From the NCBI GenBank assembly GCA_965225945.1, contig CBDDBZ010000030.1:32001-96000 (forward strand): a stretch of 64,000 nucleotides of DNA. The letters run 5' to 3'. Positions within the stretch are counted from its first letter, which is position 1. Every line of letters begins with the position of its first letter. Under the pieces are notes generated by a model. That model saw nothing but the letters and a program-made list of their open reading frames with translations, was not told where the DNA came from and made no database searches. Both the position numbers and the translations under genes were made by a program. Below are positions 49,384 to 60,093 of this stretch, piece by piece. The stretch is from Alphaproteobacteria bacterium (GTDB lineage Bacteria; Pseudomonadota; Alphaproteobacteria; GCA-2731375).

Positions 49384-50070
49384 CTAGGGCGCTAGCCGAT
49401 AGCCGCCGGTCTCGGTGACCAGAAGCTCGGCGTTGGAGGGATCCCGCTCGATCTTCTGGCGCAGGCGGTAGATATGGGTTTCCAGCGTGTGTGTCGTGAC
49501 CCCGGCATTATAGCCCCACACTTCGTTCAACAGGATATCGCGGCTGACCACCCGGTCGTTGGCGCGGTAGAGGTACTTCAGGATCGAGGTTTCTTTCTCG
49601 GTCAGTCTGACCTTCTGGTTCTTCTCGTCGTGGGTGAGCAGCTTCATGCTCGGGCGGAAGGTGTAGGGACCGATGGAGAAAACGGCGTCCTCGGACTGCT
49701 CGTGCTGGCGCAACTGGGCGCGAATACGGGCCAGCAGCACGGCGAAGCGGAACGGCTTGGTGACGTAGTCGTTGGCGCCCGCGTCGAGGCCGAGGATGGT
49801 GTCGGCATCGCCGTCGGCGGCGGTCAGCATGATGATCGGGCATTTGACGCCGTTCCGCCTGAGCATCTTGCAGACTTCCCGCCCGTCCAGATCGGGCAGA
49901 CCCACGTCCAGCAGCACCAGGTCGAAATGCGCGCCCTTGGCCTGTTCCAGGGCCTCGGCGCCGTTCGCCGCCTCGGCAGTCTGGAACTCGTCGTGCATCA
50001 CCAGTTGCTCGGCGAGAGAGCCGCGAAGCGCGTCCTCGTCGTCGACCAGCAGGATTTTCTTGGCCGTCAT
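49384..50070 (-). CDS. cenR: OmpR-family response regulator, CenR/OtpR-like
   Basis: ILLVDDE..LR..LAEQL..H.EF, LLDVGLPD, GANDYVTKPF, VWGYNAGVTTHTLETHIYRLRQKIE as recalled for alphaproteobacterial CenR; orphan, divergent from ribA. Confidence 0.75.
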   Translation of the reverse strand: MTAKKILLVDDEDALRGSLAEQLVMHDEFQTAEAANGAEALEQAKGAHFDLVLLDVGLPDLDGREVCKMLRRNGVKCPIIMLTAADGDADTILGLDAGANDYVTKPFRFAVLLARIRAQLRQHEQSEDAVFSIGPYTFRPSMKLLTHDEKNQKVRLTEKETSILKYLYRANDRVVSRDILLNEVWGYNAGVTTHTLETHIYRLRQKIERDPSNAELLVTETGGYRLAP

Positions 50071-50333
50071 CTCGCCGATCCCCTTCGCATGAATAGCGTC
50101 GCGCTCGCCGCTTCCCCCGAAGCCCGCCACGGGCATTCGGGCGAGGCCGGGGCCTTCGCGGCCGGGTCTCGCCATGATATAGGCATTCCACTGGAATCGT
50201 TCAATATTTCGGGGTCTTACGATCACGGGCGACGAGAATTTCTCGCAGGTTGTCCCCGCGCGCTCGATCCCGTATCAACGAGGCCGGATCGCCGTCGAGG
50301 AAGATCATGGCCCGAGACGCGGAGCCCAAGGGC

Positions 50334-51434
50334 ATGCCGAACCGCGCGGCGCGGGTGGCGGTCGCTCGGGCCGTCGCCGAGCTCAGACGGGGCGCGGCGG
50401 TGGTGTTGCGTGGCGATGGGGGGGGCTTGGCGGTCCTGGCGGCGGAGACCGCGAGCGCAGGCGAGATCGAGCGCCTGGGCGCGCTCGGCGCTGGCGATCT
50501 TCGGCTCGCGCTCACCGCGGCCCGGGCCCGCGCGCTCAACATCCTGCCCTCGGGCCACGACGTGGTGCTGCTGCCCTGGCGGCGCTGGTTCGACGCGGAA
50601 TTGGCGCGCGAGCTCGGTGACGCGACGACCGATCTGGCCCGCCCGCTCCGGGGACCCTTCGAGCGGGAGCGCCGGGCGCCGAGCCGAGCGGAAGAGGCGG
50701 CGGTCCAGCTCGCGAAGCTGGCCCGTCTGCTCCCCCTGGCGGTGATCGGATCCCTGGACGCGGCAACGCTCGAGCGGCTCGTCGAGACCGGAGAGTGCCT
50801 CGCCGTCGACGCCGCCCGCGTGCTCGACTTCGAGGCCGCGTCGGCGGCCAGCCTGACTCGCGTGGTGGCGGCGCGGGTGCCGCTCGCCGGGGCCGAGGAC
50901 GCGCGCGTTCTCGCCTTCCGTCCCGACGACGGCGGCGCCGAGCACCTGGCGATCCTGATCGGCGAGATCGACTTTGCCGCCCCTGTGCTGACGCGGCTGC
51001 ATTCGGAATGCTTCACCGGCGATCTGCTGGCATCGCTCAAGTGCGATTGCGGCCAGCAGTTGCGCGGCGCCATCGAGGCGATGACCGAGGCGGGCGGCGG
51101 CATCGTGGTCTACCTGGCGCAGGAAGGCCGCGGCATCGGCCTGATGAACAAGCTCCGCACTTACCGCCTGCAGGACGACGGCTTCGATACCATCGACGCC
51201 AACCTGCGCCTCGGCTTCGACGCCGACGAGCGGATTTTCGAGCCGGCGGCGGAAATCCTGCGGCAACTGGGGGTTCGGGCGGTCCGGCTGTTGACCAACA
51301 ATGTGGACAAGATCGAAGGCCTCCGGGCGGCCGGCGTCGAAGTCGCCGAGCGAGTCGCTCACAGCTTTCCGGAAAACATCCACAATCGCGAATATCTCGC
51401 GACCAAGCGACGCCGCAGTGGCCATTTGAGCTGA
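50334..51434 (+). CDS. ribA: GTP cyclohydrolase II with degenerate N-terminal DHBP-synthase-like domain (start may be 50307)
   Basis: RLHSECFTGDLLASLKCDCG, QEGRGIGL, LLTNN, YLATK...GH. Confidence 0.93.
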   Translation: MPNRAARVAVARAVAELRRGAAVVLRGDGGGLAVLAAETASAGEIERLGALGAGDLRLALTAARARALNILPSGHDVVLLPWRRWFDAELARELGDATTDLARPLRGPFERERRAPSRAEEAAVQLAKLARLLPLAVIGSLDAATLERLVETGECLAVDAARVLDFEAASAASLTRVVAARVPLAGAEDARVLAFRPDDGGAEHLAILIGEIDFAAPVLTRLHSECFTGDLLASLKCDCGQQLRGAIEAMTEAGGGIVVYLAQEGRGIGLMNKLRTYRLQDDGFDTIDANLRLGFDADERIFEPAAEILRQLGVRAVRLLTNNVDKIEGLRAAGVEVAERVAHSFPENIHNREYLATKRRRSGHLS

Positions 51435-51444
51435 GCGCCATAAA

Positions 51445-51472
51445 CGGCGACGCCCCGGCCGCCGCTTTTTTT
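51445..51472 (+). terminator. Possible intrinsic terminator after ribA
   Basis: CGGCG...CGCCG short stem followed by T6. Confidence 0.4.
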
Positions 51473-51678
51473 GCTCGCCGCTCGCGCGGCGCGCCGGGCC
51501 ATGCCACGCGCACGCGTGGCGGCGAATAACCCGTTGAGCCGGGGGAATGGGGCGCAGTCAGGACTTCCGTCGGTTGGTATGAATAGACGGGGCCGAGCGG
51601 GGAAATTCAATCGATCGGCGGGCGAATCGCGGCATATAATCCGCCCCTCGCAGTACCAGAGGTTGGAGGGCGGCGGCG

Positions 51679-52470
51679 ATGCGCGCGTTGGTGACGGGAT
51701 CGAGTCCGGGGATCGGCGGGGAGACTTGCTTGAAATTGGCACGGGACGCGCTGGCCCGGGGTGAGCGGGCGGCGATCGCCGCGGCCGAGGTGCGCGAGAC
51801 CGAGGAGCTCCAGAAGCTGGCGGAGAAATTGCGGGGGCTGGGCGCCGAGGTGGCGACGCCGGTAGGCGACCTGATGGATCCCGAGACCCCGGCCCGCCTG
51901 GTGGCCGAGGCGGTGGCGGCCTTCGGCGGGCTCGACGCCGTGGTCTCCAACGCCGGAATCACCGCGCCCGGCTTCATCGCCGAGCTCGCCTTCGAGGATT
52001 GGGAGCGGGTGATGCGCATCAACGTCACCGCCGGCTTTCTGCTGGCCCAGGCGGCCTATCCGCATCTCAAGGAAGCGGGCGGCGCCTATGTCGGTATCGG
52101 CTCGATCTCCGGTCGCAACGCCCATCCCGGCATGGGCGCCTACGGCCCCGCCAAGGCCGCCAACATCATGCTCTGCCGGGTCCTGGCGCAGGAATGGGCG
52201 GCGGACGGCATTCGCGCCAACGCGGTCTCGCCGGGGATGATCCGCACCCCGCTCACCGCCGCCGTCTATGCCGACAACGCGACCGCGCAGGCGCGCGCGG
52301 ATTTGGTGCCACAGCGCCGCGTCGGCGAGCCGATCGACATCGCCAATGCCGTCGCCTGGCTGGTGGGACCGGACAATACTTATTGCAACGGCAAGGACAT
52401 CTGCATCGACGGCGGGTACGAGGATTCGATCATGGCGCATATTCCCGGCCGCCCGACCCGCGATATTTAG
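51679..52470 (+). CDS. Short-chain dehydrogenase/reductase
   Basis: TGSSPGIG, SNAG, YGPAK, IRANAVSPG. Confidence 0.92.
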   Translation: MRALVTGSSPGIGGETCLKLARDALARGERAAIAAAEVRETEELQKLAEKLRGLGAEVATPVGDLMDPETPARLVAEAVAAFGGLDAVVSNAGITAPGFIAELAFEDWERVMRINVTAGFLLAQAAYPHLKEAGGAYVGIGSISGRNAHPGMGAYGPAKAANIMLCRVLAQEWAADGIRANAVSPGMIRTPLTAAVYADNATAQARADLVPQRRVGEPIDIANAVAWLVGPDNTYCNGKDICIDGGYEDSIMAHIPGRPTRDI

Positions 52471-52506
52471 AGCATGATCCGATCATATGGTCCGATCATG
52501 CTCTAA
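52467..52506. repeat. 40-bp palindromic element with 13-bp perfect arms
   Basis: TTAGAGCATGATC-N14-GATCATGCTCTAA; overlaps the SDR stop codon. Confidence 0.88.
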
Positions 52507-52532
52507 CTTTGGTCGATAGGCAGGAGGCCGCT

Positions 52533-53300
52533 ATGTCACCGTCCGATCGGATCGAGGACACAGCCCGCCCGCCCGTGCTCTATCGCCGCCCCACGCCGCT
52601 TTCGGCGGAGCGACACGCGGACCATCGCGTCGAGGCCGGGACCGGCCACGGCTTCGCGGCCGAAATCAATTCGCTACTGCTGAACGCCGTCGAGTTCGTG
52701 CCGGCGGCTCGGCACTACCCGATCGTCTTCACCCTGGGCGAGGAACCGGTGCCGGTGGCGATTCTCGGCCTCGGCGATGGCCGGAACCTCTTCATCCGGG
52801 ATGGCAGGTGGGAGCGGGGCCTCTACATCCCGGCCTACGTCAGGCGCTATCCCTTCATCTTCACCGAGCACAAGGAGGCGGGCCAACTCGTCCTCTGCAT
52901 CGACGACGCGGCGCCCTCGGTGACGACGGAGGCACGCGGCGAGCGCTTGATCGTGGACGGCGAGCCGTCCGAGTTTGCGCGCCGTGCGCTCGAGTTCTGC
53001 ACCGCCTTCCAGCGCGAGGTGGTCAAGACCCGTGCCCTCGTCGAGCTGCTCGAGGAACGCGATCTGATGACACGGCGGATGGCGAGCCTTCGTCGCGGCG
53101 AGGAAGAGCGTTCGCTGGGCGGTTTTCAGGTGGTCGACGAGGCCAAATTCAACGCGCTAGACGATGCCACGATCCTCGATTGGCGCCGTCGTGGCTTCCT
53201 GCCGATCCTCTATGCGCACCTTCTCTCGCTCGGCAATTGGGAGTCCCTCTCCAGCCGCGATTCCCTGCCCGGCACTTCGAACGCCACATTAACATGTTGA
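52533..53300 (+). CDS. SapC family protein
   Basis: EF..AARHYPIVF, YIPAYVRRYPF, GF.VVDE.KF..L, G.L...YAHLLSL.NW. Confidence 0.88.
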   Translation: MSPSDRIEDTARPPVLYRRPTPLSAERHADHRVEAGTGHGFAAEINSLLLNAVEFVPAARHYPIVFTLGEEPVPVAILGLGDGRNLFIRDGRWERGLYIPAYVRRYPFIFTEHKEAGQLVLCIDDAAPSVTTEARGERLIVDGEPSEFARRALEFCTAFQREVVKTRALVELLEERDLMTRRMASLRRGEEERSLGGFQVVDEAKFNALDDATILDWRRRGFLPILYAHLLSLGNWESLSSRDSLPGTSNATLTC

Positions 53301-53306
53301 TTTTCT

Positions 53307-53315
53307 TGTTATAAT
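53307..53315 (+). promoter_or_regulatory. Extended -10 element upstream of the RTX gene
   Basis: TGTTATAAT = TGnTATAAT in an AT-rich patch. Confidence 0.45.
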
Positions 53316-54829
53316 TGCCTGTCGGGTACAGCATTCCAGCTTGGTGATGGCGGCGTCGTTGGATGTCATGTCGATGTTCGAGCAGGCGTCGTATATCGAT
53401 CGCGACCCCCAAATGGGGGGCGACAGGCGTTTCGTGATCGCGGATAATGAAACCCGATAGCCGTCCCCGCGCGGATGGCGGGCGAGGTCCGCGGAGCCGG
53501 GTGGGATGAGCCGAAGCGGAAACTTCGATCGGGGCGGCGCCATCGGCGTCGCGCCGGGGGCGGCGGAATACGCGCTCGTTCTGCAGGCCGGCTCGGCCCT
53601 CGACGGCAAGCTGGTGGTGCCGCTCGCCGATTTCCTGCTCGGGGCGGAGTGTTTACCCGAGCGGGCCTGGACCTGGAGATCCGGGGCCAGGACGGCACCC
53701 GGGTGCTGATCCGGGACTATTTCCAACATGACGAGGTGGCGGACCTGTGGACGCCCGGGGGCGCGGTGCTCTCGGGCGAGCTGGTCGCGCGCCTGGCGGG
53801 CCCGGTGGCGGAAGGCTGGGCCCAGGCGGCGGGTTCGCCCGCGCGCCCGATCGGCGTCGTCGAGCAGGTGGTCGGCGAAGTGCGGGCGGAGCGGGCGGAC
53901 GGCGCAAGCGTGATACTGACCGAGGGAAGCTCGGTCTTCCAGGGCGACGTGGTGGTGACCGGCCCGGGCGCGCGGCTCGGCATCCGCTTTGCCGACGACA
54001 CCGCCTTCGCGATGGAGGGCGACGGGCGGATGGTGCTGGACGAGCTGGTCTACGACGCCGCCTCCGGGTCCGGCTCGGCCAGTTTCTCGATCCTGCAGGG
54101 CGCCTTCGTCTTCGTCACCGGCCAGATCGCCCAGAGCGATCCGGACAGTTTCGAGGTGAAGACGCCGCTGGCGACGATCGGCGTTCGGGGCACGGTGTTC
54201 GGCGGCGTCCTGGGCGAGCGGCTGGACGTCTATTTCGACGACGGCTTCGGCTTCGTCGTGAACCAGGCGGGCCGGCAGGATATCGACCAGGGCCAGAACC
54301 TGACGGTGCTGGCGGCCAATCAGTTGCCGAGCCTGCCGGTGGCGACGCCGCTGGGCCAGTTCTACCAGATCTTCACGCTCTCCATCGGGATCCTTCCGAC
54401 CACGCCGTTCACGCCGCCGGGCCGGCGCGGCGACAGCCAGGACGGCGATCAGCCGGACCAGCAGGAGGGCACCGCACCAACGGACGACGCCACGGCGGCC
54501 GAGGCCACGGCGCAGGCCCCGGCGAACACGGACTTCGTCGAGGCGGCGGCCGAGCCCGAGCCCGAGTCCGTGGAAGATCTGGTCGACATCGCGCTGAATC
54601 CGTTGGCCCCCTTCATTCCGTCCCCGCCCGTAACCAATTCCAGTCGATCGCCGGCACGGCCGGTCGGTGCGCCGGCGCCGACAACATCATTTCCGGCCCG
54701 ACCTGCCGGCAAGATACCAGTCGACGTGTCATTTCCGGTGGAGGAGATTTTCAATACGGCGGACCCCGTAGTCCTTGATGATGCCGGCACATCGGACAGT
54801 TTTGTGGGCACGGCGCCACTGGCGGCGGC

Positions 54830-54889
54830 GCTGGAGCCGGTGCTGGAGCCGGTGCTGGTGCCGGAGCCGCTGCCGGAGCCGCTGCCGCC
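54830..54889 (+). repeat. 12-bp-period tandem repeat encoding LEPV/PEPL linker
   Basis: GCTGGAGCCGGT x2 grading into GCCGGAGCCGCT x2. Confidence 0.75.
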
Positions 54890-55819
54890 GTCTGGCATCA
54901 CCTTCACCGGCGACGGCGACTTGCGGGGGCGGGAGACGACCGGTCCCGACAACATCAGCGGCGGCGGCGGCGCCGACACCATCGCCGGCGGCGGCGGCAA
55001 CGACATCCTGAACGGCGGCGCCGGCAACGACGTGATCGACGGCGGCACCGGCATCGACACCGCGACCTTCGGCGGCAACCTCGCGGCCTATTCGTTCTCG
55101 CCCGGCAGCATCATCGTCGTCGGGCCGGACGGTCGCGACACGCTGATCGACGTCGAGTTTCTGAGCTTCGACGACCAGACGATTCCGGCACCGACCTTCG
55201 TCGTTCCGCAGCAGCAGCCGGGCATCATCGACGGGCCGAGGGTCACGGAGAACATTTTGACCGTGCTCGACGCAAGCGGGGTGCGAGTCGGCTCCACCGT
55301 CGATCACATCCTCTTCACCGTGAATACGGCCGGCACGGTCACCATCGACACGCTTTCCTGGGAGCAGGATACCCAGGACTCCGACGGCGACGGGAACACC
55401 TCGGAGACCTTCGACATCAACGGCGACGGCGAGATCGCCTTCATCGACGTCTACATCTATCTCTTCCAGGACGCTGGCGGCGGCACGCCGGGAACGTTGA
55501 TAGCCTCCAACGACGATTCGTCCCAGACCTTCAACGACGGCTCCATTTACAGCTACGATTCCTACCTTTCGGCCAACCTGGCGGCGGGGGACTACGTGCT
55601 GGCGCTCGGCGCCTTCTCGTTGAGTGAGACCGAGGCGCGGGCGCAGAGCAACGACGTCACGCGCTATCCGGTGACCGTCAATAGCTTCGGCAGTCAAGTG
55701 CCGACCGATCACGGCGATTACCAGGTCATCATCGGCGGCGCCGTCACCATCAACGCGGTGAACCAGGGATCGGGGGGCGGCACGATCACCGGCGGCACCG
55801 GCACGACGGGCAACGACAT

Positions 55820-56555
55820 CCTCACCGGCACGGCGGCGGCGGAGCTGATCGACGGCCTGGCGGGCAACGACCTCCTGGATGGCCTCGGCGGCAACGATAC
55901 GCTGCTGGGCGGCCCCGGTGCGGACACGATCCTGGGTGGGGACGGCGACGACACGATCTCCGGCGGCGCGGGGAACGACACGATCGCCGGTGGCGGCAAC
56001 AACGACGTGATCGACGGTGGCGACGGCACCGCCGATGTCGCGGAATTCTCGGGCGCCCGGGTGGGTTACCGCGCCACCACGGTGAGTGGCACGACGACGG
56101 TGGTCGACATCGACCCGCTCGACGGCGACGACGGGACCGACACGCTGACCAATATCGAGATCCTGGGGTTCTCGGACGGCCTTGCCGCGACACCGCCCGA
56201 CGGCGGCGTACTCGGCCCCGTCGGCTTTACCGGGGCGGCGGGCGACGACACGTTCACCGGCACGGCGGCGAACGAGGTGATCGACGGCCTGGCGGGCAAC
56301 GATTTGCTCGGCGGCGGCGACGGCGACGATACGATCTCCGGCGGCACGGGGAACGACACGATCGCCGGTGGCGGCAACAACGACGTGATCGACGGCGGTG
56401 CCGGCACCGCCGATGTCGCGGCCTTTTCGGGCGCCCGGGCCGGCTACACCATCACGACCGTCGGCGGCACGACGACGGTGGTCGACACCAATCCGATCGA
56501 CGCCGACGACGGCACCGACACGCTCACCAATATCGAGTTTTTGCAATTCTCGGGC
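55820..56555 (+). repeat. Internal duplication of a ~100-aa RTX module
   Basis: GTAA.E.IDGLAGNDLL...GNDTIAGGGNNDVIDGG.GTADVA.FSGAR.GY...DDGTDTLTNIE occurs twice with long identical nucleotide stretches. Confidence 0.85.
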
Positions 56556-59500
56556 GGCACCGTCCTGGTCGTCGGTTCCGCCACCACGGTCACCGGCACG
56601 GCGGCGGCCGAGATCCTCGTCGGCACGGCGGGCGACGATACGCTGATCGGCGGCGCTGGCGCCGATACGCTCGACGGCCGTCTCGGCACCGATATCGTCG
56701 ACTATTCGAGCGATCCCGCCGGGGTCAACGTGAACCTCGCCACCGGCACGGCGACGGACGGCTTCGGCGCGACCGACACGCTGATCTCGATCGAGGGCGT
56801 GATCACCGGCGGCTTCGACGACGTCATCACCACCGGCCCCGGCAACGACATCGTCGACGCCGGCGCGAGCCTCTCCGTCAACTCCTCCGGCAACATCTTT
56901 GGCGGCACCTTCGACCGGATCGTCGGCAGCATCGGCAACGACACCATCGACGTCGGTGGCGGGCTGTTCGACTACGACATCATCGACTATCGCAACGCCG
57001 GGCTCTCGGCGCCGATCACCGTCGATCTGCGCGATCCCACGAACCCCTTCGCCGACAAGGGCGTGAACGGCAGGGATTCGCTGATCAACCAGTCGACCTT
57101 CGGCGGCGACGGCTTGCAAATCAAGGGCACCGCCTTCGCCGACACCTTCTTCAGCTCCGATACCTATTTCTTCACCGAGTATCAGCCGGGCGGCGGCGTC
57201 GACACGATCAACGGCGGCGCCATGATCGACCGCGTCGACTATCGCGACACGGTCAGCACGACCGGCATCACGGCCGATCTCGGCGCCGGCTTCGCGATCG
57301 ACGGCTTCGGCGACAGGGACGTGTTGATCAGCGTCGAACAGATCGAATCCGGCAATCAAGTCAAGACGACATCCTGTTCGGCTCGGCCGCGAACAACGTC
57401 TTCCGCCCTGGCGGCGGTACCGACTTCATCGACGGCCGCACCGGCATCGACCAGGTGCGCTACCAGAACGCCAATACGGCCGTGCTCATCGATCTCTCGC
57501 TCACCACCAACCAAGTCACCAGCGACGGTTTCAATCTCGGCGCCGGCACCAGCGTCGACAACCTGGTCAGCATCGAGAACCTGCGCGGCGGCAACTTCAA
57601 CGACAGACTGACCGGCGACGCGGGCCCGAACCTGATCGAGGGCCGGGGCGGTTCCGACCGTCTGACCGGCTTGGCCGGCAACGACACGCTCAAGGGCCAG
57701 GATGGCTTCGACACCGCCGACTACTCGGGGTCGCCCGCCGGGATCAACGCGAATCTCGTGACCGGGACGGTCCGCGACGGCTTCGGCGGCACGGATACGG
57801 TGTCGAGCATCGAGGGTGTGGTCGGCACTGCGTTCAACGATACCATCCTCGCCTCGTCCACCACTCCGGAAAATTTCTCGACGATCACGCCGGGCGGCGG
57901 CGACGTCGTCGTGACAGGGTCCCTTATCTCGAACGGCGCCTTCGACTACCGGGTGAGCTACAGCAACGCGCCGGCGGGCATCAACGGCAATCTCGCGACC
58001 GGCGTGGTGCTGGACGGCTTCGGTGGCACCGATACAATTTCCAATATTTCGCAAATCAGGGGCTCCAACTTCGACGACACGTTGACCGGCGGCAACACGA
58101 CGCCGGACTTCCAGGATTTCGAGAGCTTCGACCCCCGAGGCGGCAACGATCTGATCGTTGGCGGCAGCGGATTCGACCGCATCGAGTACAGAAGCCCGCC
58201 GACGGGAATTTTGCTCGATTTGACGGTCGGAACCGTGCTCGACGGGTTCGGCGGTACCGATACCTTCAGCGGGATCGAGGGTATTCGCGCCACCAGTTTC
58301 GACGACAGCTTGTTCGGCGGCGTGGACGACAACTTCGAGAGGTTCAGCCCCCGCGCCGGCAACGACTTGGTCGACGGCCGAACCGGCTTCGACGAGCTGG
58401 ACTATCGCTTCGAGGACGCGACCCAAGGTGTTTTGGTCAATCTCGCCCGGGGCGTGGCGACGGACGGTGCCGGCGGCACCGACACTATTCTCAACATCGA
58501 AGCGGTACGCGGGACGATCTTCGACGACACGCTGATCGGCGGCGGTGACAACAATTTCGAGCGCTTCCGGGGCAAGGAAGGCAACGACATCATCGACGGT
58601 GGCACCGGCTTCGACCAGGTCTCCTATCAGGGTGAAACCGGTCCGGTCACCGTCAACCTCGCCACCGGCATCGCGCTCGACGGCAGCGGCGGCACGGATA
58701 CGCTCAGCAACATCGAATTCATCCGCGGCTCCGACGGCGACGACCTGTTGATCGGCGGCGGCGCCGGCATCGGTGTCTCGAATTTCGAGGCCTTCAGGGG
58801 TGAAGCCGGCAACGACACAATTCAGGGCGGCGACGGCTTCGACCGGGCCGAGTACAACAGCGCGACGGGCCCAATCACGATCGATGTCGCCCTCGGACGG
58901 GTGAGCGGCGATGCCTCGGTCGGCACCGACACGCTCGACAGCGTCGAGTGGATTCGAGGCAGCGATTTCGCGGATACCTACCGCGGTGGTTTGCCGCCCA
59001 ACGCCAACACCTCCTTCTCCGGCCTTGCCGACGATGTTTTCGAGGGCCGGGGCGGTAACGACATCGTCAACGGCGATGGCAACACGACCGCGGCTTATTT
59101 CAGTGCTACCGGTGGCGTCGTCGTCGACCTCGCGGCCGGCACCGCGAGGGGCGACGCCTCGGTCGGCACCGATGCGCTCTCGGGCGTGGCCAATGTCGTG
59201 GGCAGCGAGTTCGCCGACAGGATCAGGGGCAATGCCGGCGACAACTTCATCCAGGGCCGCGACGGCATCGACACGCTCGACGGCGGCGCCGGCGTCGACA
59301 CGGCGTTCTATTTCAGCAATTCCTCGACCTCCGGCCTCATCATCAACCTCGCCACCAGCACGGTGACGAACGACGGGCTGGGCAACGCCGACATCATCGC
59401 CAATTTTGAGAACGTGGAGGGCACCTTCTTCGGCGACCAGATCGCCGGCAGCGCCGTCGCCAATCGGTTAGACGGCCACGCCGGCGACGACACGATCGGC

Positions 59501-60093
59501 GGCGGCGGCGGCAACGATACGCTGATCGGCGGCGGCGGCGCCGACCTGCTGGACGGTGGCCTCGGCAACGACACCTTCCAGTACGACCAGGTCGGTGACG
59601 GGACGCGGATCGCCACGAACCAGACGATCGCGGCAAGCGGCGTGGCCACCGACGTCATCAACGGCTTCACTTCGGGATCCGACGAGATCGACATCAACGA
59701 AACCGAATTTGTAGTCTTGGCCGGTGCACAGTTCGCCACCATCGGGACGCCTTACGACGGCACCAACTCCGGTCTGACGAGCGGCACCGCCTTCATCTTC
59801 GACGGCACGCACCTGAGCTACGACCCCGACGTCAACGCCGCCGGACACACCGCCATGGCGCAGGTGAACGGCGACCCGGTGGGGCTAGGCGACCTCACCC
59901 CCGTATAGCCCCGAGGTGCCACACGCGATGTCCGCCGCGGCCGGCGGAGCCGGCCCGGCGCCTCGGGGGGCCTCCGTAAAGCCTCGATATTCTTCGTGAT
60001 AATTCGCTGTCGGGTCTGATATGCCGACTCGGCGATGGTGGCGCTGCCCGGGCGCTTGATTCCCATCCGGCCGGCGCCGACAATGTCGCCGCC

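Larger units (their letters stand above)
53506..59908 (+). pseudogene. Large FecR-domain / DVUA0089-like / RTX Ca-binding T1SS-type surface protein split by two frameshifts (~2131 aa if restored)
   Basis: Three ORF pieces (53506.., 53475..57611, 57455..59908) join into one frame on removing a duplicated GT near 53650 and a duplicated TCAAG at 57356-57365; FecR-like VKTPLATIGVRGT; many GGxGxD nonapeptides. Confidence 0.85.

Noticed and set aside
53347-53460. 37-codon ORF (MAASLDVMSMFEQ...) upstream of the RTX gene
   Set aside because: No clear RBS or motif; cannot be distinguished from chance.
53475-53650. Arg/Gly-rich N-terminus of the 1378-aa ORF as the true start
   Set aside because: Off-frame sequence. 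The 53506 frame gives a plausible N-terminus that joins at the GT duplication.
54729-57359. 876-aa minus-strand ORF, and similar long antisense ORFs (22788..25073, 39663..41723, 9215..11590, 60654..62675)
   Set aside because: Shadow or off-frame ORFs of well-supported genes in high-GC DNA, with no recognisable motifs.
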